DNA from: Sphingobacteriales bacterium | Lineage (GTDB): Bacteria; Bacteroidota; Bacteroidia; AKYH767-A; OLB10 | Direction of reading: 5' to 3' | Assembly: GCA_021299095.1 (NCBI GenBank) | Contig: JAJTFW010000002.1 | Location: 138,133-202,132, forward strand | Length of the DNA stretch: 64,000 nt | Shown here: positions 30,632 through 38,816 of the stretch, in pieces | Numbering within the stretch: the first letter of the stretch is position 1 | Layout of the letters: each line of letters begins with the position of its first letter | Notes under the pieces: generated by a model | Seen by the model: only the letters and a program-made list of their open reading frames with translations | What the model was told of the DNA's origin: nothing | Database searches by the model: none | Made by a program: the position numbers and the translations under genes

Positions 30632-32740
30632 TCAGCTGATACGACTGTAATTCGCATCGGCGCGATCCATTTCACTCAAACGCTCCATCAATACGGCATT
30701 CGCAGGCTGGATCAACTTCGGATCCAGTTCGACCAGTTTAGCGGCCGCACTTCGCGCCTCTTCTAAAATCTGCTGATCCCTGGCCAGGGAAGCGATTCGC
30801 AAATCAAGCACACCACTTTGCTGCGTACCGGTAATATCCCCTGGTCCGCGAAGTTCCAGGTCAACCTCCGCAATCCGGAATCCGTCATTCGTTTCACACA
30901 TTGTTCGCATGCGCTTTCGAGCATCATTCCCCAACTTTTCGCCCGTCATCAGGACGCAATAGCTCTGCTCGGCACCACGTCCTACCCGACCTCGCAGCTG
31001 ATGCAATTGAGACAAGCCGAATCGCTCAGCACTTTCGATGATCATGATCGAGGCATTGGGCACATTGACACCTACTTCGATGACCGTCGTAGCGACCATG
31101 ATATTGGATGTACCCGATTTGAACATTTGCATGGCCAGATCTTTTTCCTCGGATTTCATTTTTCCATGCACAATACAAACCCGGTATTGTGGCGGAGGGA
31201 AATCGCGACAGATTCCTTCGAAACCAGACACGAGGTTGGCGTAATCCATTTTCTCGGATTCATCGATCAGGGGATACACGATATATACCTGCCGGCCTTT
31301 ACCAATTTCATCCCGAATAAATCCGTTTACCGACAGACGATTCGCCTCGGTTTTGTGGAGCGTACGAATCGGCTTACGGCCCGGTGGTAATTCGTCGATC
31401 ACCGAGGTATCGAGATCTCCGTACAGCGTCATTGCGAGGGTACGGGGAATGGGTGTAGCTGTCATGACCAGGACATGCGGCACATCCTCGTCTTTCTTCC
31501 AAAGCCGAGCCCGCTGCTCCACTCCGAATCGATGCTGTTCATCAATTACAACGAGTCCGATGTTTTTGAACCTGACCCGATCTTCAATCAAGGCATGAGT
31601 TCCGACCAAAATCTGCAATTCACCTTGTTCAAGATCACTCAGTAATTGCCGGCGCTGAGCAGCACGTGTGCTTCCGGTAAGCAAACCGATTCGAACACCC
31701 GTGTTTTCCAGCATGGCGGCTAATGACTGAAAATGCTGTTGTGCAAGAATTTCTGTTGGTGCCATCAAACAGGCCTGCATCCCGTTATCAAGCACCATAA
31801 GCATACACAGCAAGGCGACAATGGTTTTACCACTACCCACATCGCCCTGCAATAGCCTGTTCATTTGCTTACCACTGCCCATATCCAAACGGATTTCCTT
31901 CAAGACACGCTTCTGCGCACCAGTCAAGGCAAAGGGCAAATGATGCTCGTAAAACCGATTGAAAAAATCGCCGATCTTGGGAACGGGTTTGCCGCGAAGC
32001 GCTTCAGACCGCTCTGATTTTGCTCGCAGGAGGCGCAACTGAATGAAAAAAAGCTCTTCGAACTTCAGGCGATGTGTGGCCAATGAAAGCCTGCTTTCAT
32101 CGGGTGGCTGATGAATCCCAACCAGTGCATCGCGTCGACTAAGCAACCCGTGTGCAGCACGAATCGAATCAGGTAATGTGTCGCGCAAGTGCTGCGGAAC
32201 CATCGCCACAAGCGTCCGCATTAACTTCTGGAGCCCCTTGCTGTCGAGCCCCTTCGCCTTGCATTTTTCCGTTGTGCTGTAAATACCTGCTAGGGAAGGG
32301 CCGCTTAGTTGCTCCATCCGAGCCGCCTCTTCGAGCTCAGGATGCACCATGTTTAAACGACCGTTGAATACACCTGGTTTACCGAAAACCACATAGTCCA
32401 AATCTGGTTTTAAACTGTCTTTAATCCAGCGTATTCCCTGAAACCACACAAGCTCCAGGTGACCGGTACCATCCGAAAAAGTTGCAGAAAGCCGTGTAAT
32501 GCGCTTCCCACCGTGAGCCGTAATTTTTGAAATACGTCCTTTAAGCTGAACATACGGCATGTCGTCATTAAGTTCCGAAATCCGATAGAACTTTGATCGA
32601 TCAATGTACCTGAAGGGAAAGTGGTGCAACAGGTCACCGAAATTCGCAATACCAAGTTCCTTTCGGAGGAGCTCTGCGCGCTGGGGTCCTACACCTTTTA
32701 GGTATTCGACCGGGGTTGACAGAAATTCGCCACGCTGCAT
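30632..32740 (-). CDS. recG: ATP-dependent DNA helicase RecG
   Basis: 702 aa. Wedge domain. Helicase motifs GDVGSGKT, DEQHRFG, and the C-terminal helicase domain. Confidence 0.95.
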   Translation of the reverse strand: MQRGEFLSTPVEYLKGVGPQRAELLRKELGIANFGDLLHHFPFRYIDRSKFYRISELNDDMPYVQLKGRISKITAHGGKRITRLSATFSDGTGHLELVWFQGIRWIKDSLKPDLDYVVFGKPGVFNGRLNMVHPELEEAARMEQLSGPSLAGIYSTTEKCKAKGLDSKGLQKLMRTLVAMVPQHLRDTLPDSIRAAHGLLSRRDALVGIHQPPDESRLSLATHRLKFEELFFIQLRLLRAKSERSEALRGKPVPKIGDFFNRFYEHHLPFALTGAQKRVLKEIRLDMGSGKQMNRLLQGDVGSGKTIVALLCMLMVLDNGMQACLMAPTEILAQQHFQSLAAMLENTGVRIGLLTGSTRAAQRRQLLSDLEQGELQILVGTHALIEDRVRFKNIGLVVIDEQHRFGVEQRARLWKKDEDVPHVLVMTATPIPRTLAMTLYGDLDTSVIDELPPGRKPIRTLHKTEANRLSVNGFIRDEIGKGRQVYIVYPLIDESEKMDYANLVSGFEGICRDFPPPQYRVCIVHGKMKSEEKDLAMQMFKSGTSNIMVATTVIEVGVNVPNASIMIIESAERFGLSQLHQLRGRVGRGAEQSYCVLMTGEKLGNDARKRMRTMCETNDGFRIAEVDLELRGPGDITGTQQSGVLDLRIASLARDQQILEEARSAAAKLVELDPKLIQPANAVLMERLSEMDRADANYSRIS

Positions 32741-32745
32741 ATAGG

Positions 32746-32753
32746 CAAAAGTA
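32746..32753 (-). promoter_or_regulatory. -7 promoter element (TActTTTG) only 5 nt upstream of the recG ATG; predicts a leaderless transcript
   Basis: Exact TAnnTTTG match on the minus strand. The expected TSS (about 5 nt past the final G) falls within 1 nt of the AUG. Confidence 0.25.
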
Positions 32754-32773
32754 ATCGGCGCCGTGCTTAGGTG

Positions 32774-32806
32774 ATAAAAAAAATCCCGCCTAAGTAGGCG
32801 GGATAA
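32774..32806 (-). terminator. Rho-independent terminator after the cold-shock gene
   Basis: On the minus strand: ATCCCGCC-TACTTA-GGCGGGAT hairpin followed by TTTTTTTT. Confidence 0.6.
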
Positions 32807-32827
32807 GAAGCTCTGAAAGTTGCCGGT

Positions 32828-33022
32828 TTATTGCACTTTTTTCACGTCCACAGCGTTGAGGCCTTTGCGGCCCTCAATGATCTCGTAGCTGACAAGATCG
32901 TTTTCACGAATCTTGTCTACTAGACCGCTGTGGTGAACGAAGATCTCCTTGTTTGATTCGTCTTCAACGATGAAGCCATAGCCCTTGGCCTCATTGAAGA
33001 ATTTTACTTTACCTGTTTTCAT
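32828..33022 (-). CDS. cold-shock protein (CspA family)
   Basis: 64 aa. KGTVKFFNEAKGYGFI… RNP motifs. Confidence 0.95.
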   Translation of the reverse strand: MKTGKVKFFNEAKGYGFIVEDESNKEIFVHHSGLVDKIRENDLVSYEIIEGRKGLNAVDVKKVQ

Positions 33023-33047
33023 TGATTAAATTGATGATGATGTGTTA

Positions 33048-33055
33048 CAAAGATA
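33048..33055 (-). promoter_or_regulatory. -7 promoter element (TAtcTTTG) 26 nt upstream of the csp ATG
   Basis: Exact TAnnTTTG match on the minus strand. Confidence 0.35.
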
Positions 33056-33136
33056 TTTAATGGATTCACATCCGCAAGTATTTCCGCATTTTCGTATTCC
33101 CTTTTTTCACGCCCCTGAACAGATCTCCAAATCACC

Positions 33137-34762
33137 ATGAAAACCCTTTCCGGCCGCCTCGTAGACATCCCGAATCGAACCATCCAAAATGCCCTCATCC
33201 ACATAGAAGGGGGCATAATCCGCGCCATTGAACACGCCGAAACGGTTGATCCCGTTTACTTGTGCCCGGGCTTTGTGGATGCACATATCCACATCGAAAG
33301 CTCGATGCTGGTACCGTATGAATTCGCCCGAATCGCATTGACACATGGCACTGTGGCGACCATCAGCGATCCCCATGAAATTGCCAATGTGTGTGGTGTT
33401 GAAGGGGTCGAATACATGCTTGACAACGCCCGGAATGCAAAACTGAAGTTTCATTTTGGGGCGCCATCATGCGTACCGGCTACGGGTTTCGAGACGGCGG
33501 GTGCCACCATTGGCCCTGAGGCTGTGGACGCTCTTCTGGCCCGTCATGACATTCACTACCTGAGCGAGGTGATGAACTTTCCGGGTGTACTGAACGGCCA
33601 GGACGATGTGATGCAGAAAATCGCAGCCGCCAAGAAACATCGCAAACCGATCGATGGTCACGCACCCGGACTTCGTGGTGAAACGGCGGGCCGCTACATT
33701 GCCAACGGAATCAGTACCGACCATGAATGCTTCACGCTCGAAGAGGCCTTGGAAAAACTTTCCTACGGAATGAAAATCCTTATCCGGGAGGGATCAGCAG
33801 CCAGGAATTTCGAGGCCCTTCACCCGCTTCTTGGTAGTCATCCGGGTATGTGCATGTTGTGCAGTGATGATATGCATCCCGACGAACTCCTGCTTGGGCA
33901 CATCAATCGTTTGGTGGCACGGGCAGTGGCTCAGGGATACGACTTATTCGACGTGCTACACGCAGCTTGTATACACCCGGTTGAACATTACAGGATGCAA
34001 AACGGCCTGCTTCGCATTGGAGACCCGGCCGATTTCATTGTGCTCGAGAACCTAAGCGATTTCCGGGTAAAGCAGACTTATATCGACGGAGAGTGCGTTG
34101 CAAGCGATGGGACCTGCGTGCTCGCCCCGATCAGTCACAATTGCATTAACCGCTTTCAGGAAAGGATGGTATCTGAAGAGGAGTTCAGCGTAAAAGATGA
34201 GCACAATTTCATTCGGATCATAGAAGCCAGAGACGGACAATTAATAACCGGCGAGGTGCATGATCGACCCAAAGTGGAAAGCGGCTTCCTGGTTTCGGAT
34301 ACAGAACGGGATATTTTGAAAATGGCGGTGGTGAATCGCTACACGGACACCAAGGTGTCTGTAGGATTTATCCGCAACTTCGGCCTGCGCGCGGGAGCCA
34401 TCGCCTCGACCGTAGCACACGACTCCCACAACATCATCGTTACCGGAACAAGCGATCGTGAAATTGCCCACGCTGTGAACCTGCTGATGAAAAATCGGGG
34501 TGGACTGTGTGTAGTGAACAAAGGTGAGGAACATGTATTGCCGCTGCCGGTTGCCGGGCTAATGAGCGACCGGGAGGCAGGCTTTGTGGGACCCCAGTAT
34601 GCAAAACTGGATGCCCTGGCGAAAGAACTTGGGTCGGAACTACGGGCCCCCTTTATGACATTGTCATTCATGGCGTTGCTGGTGATTCCACAACTGAAAC
34701 TGAGCGATCTTGGACTGTTTGATGGCGGACAATTCCAATTCTGTAGTTTACATATCGAATGA
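33137..34762 (+). CDS. adenine deaminase (amidohydrolase superfamily)
   Basis: 541 aa. N-terminal CPGFVDAHIHIESSML metal-binding HxH motif and the length fit Ade. Confidence 0.85.
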   Translation: MKTLSGRLVDIPNRTIQNALIHIEGGIIRAIEHAETVDPVYLCPGFVDAHIHIESSMLVPYEFARIALTHGTVATISDPHEIANVCGVEGVEYMLDNARNAKLKFHFGAPSCVPATGFETAGATIGPEAVDALLARHDIHYLSEVMNFPGVLNGQDDVMQKIAAAKKHRKPIDGHAPGLRGETAGRYIANGISTDHECFTLEEALEKLSYGMKILIREGSAARNFEALHPLLGSHPGMCMLCSDDMHPDELLLGHINRLVARAVAQGYDLFDVLHAACIHPVEHYRMQNGLLRIGDPADFIVLENLSDFRVKQTYIDGECVASDGTCVLAPISHNCINRFQERMVSEEEFSVKDEHNFIRIIEARDGQLITGEVHDRPKVESGFLVSDTERDILKMAVVNRYTDTKVSVGFIRNFGLRAGAIASTVAHDSHNIIVTGTSDREIAHAVNLLMKNRGGLCVVNKGEEHVLPLPVAGLMSDREAGFVGPQYAKLDALAKELGSELRAPFMTLSFMALLVIPQLKLSDLGLFDGGQFQFCSLHIE

Positions 34763-34775
34763 CAACCATCAACAT

Positions 34776-35066
34776 ATGATGGCTGAAAACATATTATTCG
34801 AATCTGATTTTCTTCCTCGGAGTGCAACTACTTTCGGCTCCGTGAATCTGAGAGCTGTTAAAAGATACATCCTGCTTCCTATGGAATGGATGTTCATCCT
34901 AGGATTTCTAATGTTGTTTTTAAATTCAGGAAAGGACGCCGCTGGCTTTATTTCCGGCCTCACTTTGTTTACGACCCCACTACTCATCTTCTGTGCTGTG
35001 CTTGCTACCATCACAGTCGCGCTTTCCTTTTTTACATGGATTGCCACGGGAAGCACCGAATGCTGA
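34776..35066 (+). CDS. hypothetical small membrane protein (96 aa, 2 TM helices)
   Basis: ORF MMAENILFESDF… with two hydrophobic helices. No family recognised. Confidence 0.3.
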   Translation: MMAENILFESDFLPRSATTFGSVNLRAVKRYILLPMEWMFILGFLMLFLNSGKDAAGFISGLTLFTTPLLIFCAVLATITVALSFFTWIATGSTEC

Positions 35067-35072
35067 GGCGAA

Positions 35073-36692
35073 TCAACTGCCAATCAATTCTTTTGCCACA
35101 ACCGCATCCCTGCCATAAAGGTCCTTTCGGATCTGTAGGACTCCAGCGCTATCCACCCAGGCGGTGAAATAAACAATACGAACTGGCATAGCCAAGCGCA
35201 ATGGTATTCTGTGCTCCCGACCGCTTGCAATCCGTTTGTTGACCTGCTCCGAACGCATTGCACTATCGCCCATGACAAAGCGTAAAACCTTCATTCCGTC
35301 GTAAAGGCGGATGCAACCATGACTAAAACCCCTGTAGGGCTTCGAAAAAATGCCCTTAGAAGGTGTATCGTGCATATATACCGCATGGTTATTCGGGAAG
35401 TGAAATTTCATTCTACCCAATGGGTTGTTCTTGCCGGGTCTTTGCTGTAATCGGTAAGGCAAATCGCGAACTGCCCAATCCTTTAATGGAATACTCCTCG
35501 TTTCCACGCTGCGACCGTTGCGGTCAATCAGCTCGAACTCGTTTCGCTCCAAGTAGTTTTTATCAGCAAGTATTTTCGGCAGCAGCTCCTTGCGAATGAT
35601 ACTCAGCGGCACTACCCAGTATGGATTCAATACGATTTGTTTTATATCGCCGGCGAAGCTTACCGTGGGCCAAAGTTCTTCACCGACAACCACTGGCATA
35701 TCCCACTCCATTTTTCCCTTTGAAAATGCATACAACTTAAAATCGGGTACGTTTACCACCAAGAAACGTTCTGCTTTGGCAGCCTGTAACCAACGACACC
35801 GCTCGAGGTTCACCAGCAACTGCAGCCGGAGTTCGATCGGACTGCGGTTCAACTCGGAAATACATGCCGAATCGAGTTCACCATCGGAAGGCATAGCATG
35901 GCGGACCCGAAACCGTTGAATCCCCTCCAGGATATCAGCCTCAGAAAAGGGCCCTGGTCCTTTGAGATCCCCGAAAACCTTCAAACGCTGCACAACCGCA
36001 TTCGAGTTGTTTATAGAAATTGAATCTGAAGTAGATAATACACTATCCGGTAAAATCCACTCTTTCGTGTTGATGAACCGATTCAAACGCAGCAGTTCTT
36101 TCCGAAGGCGTACATACTGTACAAACCTTCCGAGGTCGAGAAGCTCAACATTGTCCGGATTAGATGTAACCGTATCTACCCAACGGTTCACATCGGGGAA
36201 AAACCGCGGCAGGTACCAGGCCGACTGATTGGCTGCATTGACTGTTTGAGCATTTGTGGTTTTTCGCGCATACCAGAAAAACGCAGCAGAAAGTTGTATA
36301 TCCGTTTTCCAATCGCCCGAATCAGGCAGATGCCCGGTGCTTATCCTTTGGCGCAAGTCGTTCAATCCGGGAAAGGACTCACGCACTCCTTCGACTCCGA
36401 TTGATTCCAGTGCGGAAATAACCGCATAGGCCCGTTCAGACCATGCCAAAGGTGTAGTCCATGCTGCTTCCCAATTTCGCTCCCGATAGACACGAAGTAA
36501 TAGTGCTGTATCATCAACAAGCGAAGAATCGGTCAACAACCAAGCCTTTACACTAATCGAATCGAGCTTCTGATTGAAACGTGGAGCTTCCGACGAAACC
36601 ACTTTCACCTTCGGCATTTCCCTCTTTGAAACGGAGTCGCACGACTGAGCCAGCAGCAGGGAAATCACACTAAAACACAAAATTAAACGCAT
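35073..36692 (-). CDS. L,D-transpeptidase family protein (YcbB/LdtD-like, YkuD domain)
   Basis: 539 aa. Signal peptide. C-terminal YkuD catalytic region with the HGCIR motif (FSHGCIRL). Confidence 0.8.
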   Translation of the reverse strand: MRLILCFSVISLLLAQSCDSVSKREMPKVKVVSSEAPRFNQKLDSISVKAWLLTDSSLVDDTALLLRVYRERNWEAAWTTPLAWSERAYAVISALESIGVEGVRESFPGLNDLRQRISTGHLPDSGDWKTDIQLSAAFFWYARKTTNAQTVNAANQSAWYLPRFFPDVNRWVDTVTSNPDNVELLDLGRFVQYVRLRKELLRLNRFINTKEWILPDSVLSTSDSISINNSNAVVQRLKVFGDLKGPGPFSEADILEGIQRFRVRHAMPSDGELDSACISELNRSPIELRLQLLVNLERCRWLQAAKAERFLVVNVPDFKLYAFSKGKMEWDMPVVVGEELWPTVSFAGDIKQIVLNPYWVVPLSIIRKELLPKILADKNYLERNEFELIDRNGRSVETRSIPLKDWAVRDLPYRLQQRPGKNNPLGRMKFHFPNNHAVYMHDTPSKGIFSKPYRGFSHGCIRLYDGMKVLRFVMGDSAMRSEQVNKRIASGREHRIPLRLAMPVRIVYFTAWVDSAGVLQIRKDLYGRDAVVAKELIGS

Positions 36693-36713
36693 AGTGGCGG
36701 CTTTAAATGCAAC

Positions 36714-37460
36714 TCAATGCTTCAGCCTTTGCATCACCTTGGTTGCAAATACAAAATCGTCCAGTTCAGCGTTCCCGCTTTGCAGAATATCGGAATAGCT
36801 TCCCTCCCACCATTTCCGTCCTCCATGAATGAACACAATGTGCTGGCCAATTTCTGTCAGCGAGTTCATATCGTGTGTATTTACAACCGTAGTCGTTTTA
36901 AACTCCTGTGTGATATCACGTATCAACTCGTCGATCAGGATTGATGTCTTGGGATCAAGTCCGGAATTGGGTTCATCGCAAAACAAATAGCGCGGATTCA
37001 TGGAAATGGCACGCGCAATCGCAACGCGTTTCTTCATTCCACCCGAGATTTCAGATGGATAGCGCTGGTGGACATCCTTCAGGTTAACCCGTTTAAGACA
37101 AGCATCCGCCCGATCGCGTTTTTCAGAGAGACTCATGCCGGTAAACATATTCAGGGGAAACATCACATTTTCCTCCACGGTGAGAGAATCGAACAATGCA
37201 CCGCCCTGAAACACCATACCGATTTCCTGGCGAATCGGTTTCCGCTGACGAAAATCCATGGAACTGAAGTCCCGTCCATCGAAACGGATACAGCCCTTAT
37301 CCACTTCAAATAGTCCGACCGTACACTTCATCAAAACAGTCTTTCCCATTCCGCTTTGACCGATAATCAGATTCACCTGACCCGATTCGAAGCGACAGGA
37401 AATATTATCCAGCACCTGTTTTGTGCCGAACGACTTCGATATGCCTTCTACCTCTATCAT
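36714..37460 (-). CDS. ABC transporter ATP-binding protein, MlaF-like
   Basis: 248 aa. Walker A GQSGMGKT, signature ISGGMKKR, Walker B LFCDEPNSGLD. Confidence 0.85.
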   Translation of the reverse strand: MIEVEGISKSFGTKQVLDNISCRFESGQVNLIIGQSGMGKTVLMKCTVGLFEVDKGCIRFDGRDFSSMDFRQRKPIRQEIGMVFQGGALFDSLTVEENVMFPLNMFTGMSLSEKRDRADACLKRVNLKDVHQRYPSEISGGMKKRVAIARAISMNPRYLFCDEPNSGLDPKTSILIDELIRDITQEFKTTTVVNTHDMNSLTEIGQHIVFIHGGRKWWEGSYSDILQSGNAELDDFVFATKVMQRLKH

Positions 37461-37463
37461 CGA

Positions 37464-38210
37464 TCAGGCCAGGATAAGTTGTGTCAGTATATAATCGAAT
37501 ACCAGGATAGCTGTACTACTGTAGACCACAGCCTTGGTACTGCTTTGACCGACTTCGAGTGCACCCCCTTCTGTAAAATAGCCATGAAAGGCCGATACAC
37601 TTGTAATGATGTAGGCAAATACGAGCGCCTTAATCATAGCAAATACGATGTTGAAGGGCAGAAATTGATCCTGGATCCCCTGGATGTAATCGGCGCTCGG
37701 AACAGTTCCGCTCAGGTCACCGGCAATCCAGCCTCCGAGAATCCCTAAAAACATACTGAGGATGATCACGAAAGGAGTAATGATCAGGCCCGCGACAATC
37801 TTTGGCAGCGTGAGGTAACCGGATGAATTGATGCCCATAATTTCTAAGGCATCAATCTGTTCAGTGACACGCATCGTACCAAGCTCGGAAGCGATACTTG
37901 AACCGACTTTTCCCGCAAGAATGAGCATGATGATGGTCGGAGAAAATTCCAAAATGATGGAATCACGGGCAACGATACCCACAGCGTACAAGGGCACCAT
38001 TGGGTTTACCAGATTGTAGGCACTTTGAATAGTGATCACAGCTCCCATGAACACAGAGGTGAGGGCAACGATTCCCAAGGCCCCGACTCCAATTCGAACG
38101 AGTTCATGCATCACCTGCTTGTAGTAAACACTGAACTTTTCAGGCTTCATGAATAGACTTCCCATGAAAATCCAGTAGCGTCCAATCGCATAAAGGGTCT
38201 TTCTGATCAC
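37464..38210 (-). CDS. ABC transporter permease, MlaE-like
   Basis: 248 aa. 5-6 TM helices. It sits immediately upstream of the ATPase in the MlaE-MlaF order. Confidence 0.8.
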   Translation of the reverse strand: MIRKTLYAIGRYWIFMGSLFMKPEKFSVYYKQVMHELVRIGVGALGIVALTSVFMGAVITIQSAYNLVNPMVPLYAVGIVARDSIILEFSPTIIMLILAGKVGSSIASELGTMRVTEQIDALEIMGINSSGYLTLPKIVAGLIITPFVIILSMFLGILGGWIAGDLSGTVPSADYIQGIQDQFLPFNIVFAMIKALVFAYIITSVSAFHGYFTEGGALEVGQSSTKAVVYSSTAILVFDYILTQLILA

Positions 38211-38289
38211 CGGTGCAAATTAGCGAATGGCCTTTCCACGCAGCTGAAATCTCTGAACGACTTTCAAACAGGAATTACACGTGTGCCCG

Positions 38290-38297
38290 TACATTTG
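38290..38297 (+). promoter_or_regulatory. -7 promoter element (TAcaTTTG) 4 nt upstream of the ATG of the small lipoprotein ORF; predicts a leaderless transcript or the feoAB promoter with a long leader
   Basis: Exact TAnnTTTG match on the plus strand. The predicted TSS coincides with the A of ATG at 38302. Confidence 0.3.
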
Positions 38298-38301
38298 TTG
38301 C

Positions 38302-38454
38302 ATGAGAACCCTCTGGCGAATCTTGATTTGGGGCATTGTGATGGCAGGCACATCCTCCTGCGGTCTGTTCAAAAAGGGCTGCGATTGCCCGAAGTGGGGA
38401 CAAAAGCCGGCATCAGATCGTCCGAGCGTGGTATATGAGGAGAATCACTCCTGA
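38302..38454 (+). CDS. putative Cys-rich mini-lipoprotein (50 aa); not in the ORF track
   Basis: MRTLWRILIWGIVMAGTSSC|GLFKKGCDCPKWGQKPASDRPSVVYEENHS. It has an n-region with 2 Arg, a hydrophobic core and a lipobox-like TSSC, then a CDCP motif. It lies between the divergent mlaE and feoA genes. Confidence 0.3.
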   Translation: MRTLWRILIWGIVMAGTSSCGLFKKGCDCPKWGQKPASDRPSVVYEENHS

Positions 38455-38539
38455 TTAATTGTTTGATTATCAATTTTATAAGCCCTTAATCCGGTTTCTT
38501 CTTTTGCAATCAGTCCGGTCTGCCTATTTTCGTATCACT

Positions 38540-38556
38540 TTAGATTTAATCTAAAT
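38540..38556. promoter_or_regulatory. perfect 8+1+8 palindrome TTTAGATT-T-AATCTAAA ending 9 nt upstream of the feoA ATG (candidate metalloregulator operator)
   Basis: Read directly from the sequence. It is AT-rich and dyad-symmetric, and immediately precedes feoAB. Confidence 0.35.
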
Positions 38557-38565
38557 AAAAAAGGT

Positions 38566-38805
38566 ATGCTGTGTGAAACCAAACGTTTGTCGAGCCTTCA
38601 TCAGGGTGACTCAGCCATTATAGAGTCTTTTTCTGACGATCGTGTCAAACAGCAGCTTTTGGAAATGGGTTGTTTACCAGGCGAGAAGGTGACCATCGAT
38701 CGCTTTGCTCCGCTGGGATGTCCGATGGCAATCCAGGTGAATGGTTACACCCTTGGTCTTCGCACTGAAGAGGCAGCCTCCATTCTCGTCAAACCTCTTC
38801 AGTAA
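38566..38805 (+). CDS. feoA: ferrous iron transport protein A
   Basis: 79 aa. SH3-like FeoA (LSSLHQGDSAIIESF…). It directly precedes feoB. Confidence 0.85.
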   Translation: MLCETKRLSSLHQGDSAIIESFSDDRVKQQLLEMGCLPGEKVTIDRFAPLGCPMAIQVNGYTLGLRTEEAASILVKPLQ

Positions 38806-38816
38806 AACCATTTCCG

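Noticed and set aside
33023-33136. Possible purine riboswitch upstream of adenine deaminase
   Set aside because: I could not find the conserved purine-riboswitch junction nucleotides or a P1/P2/P3 architecture in the 114-nt spacer. It is more simply a divergent promoter region shared by csp and ade.
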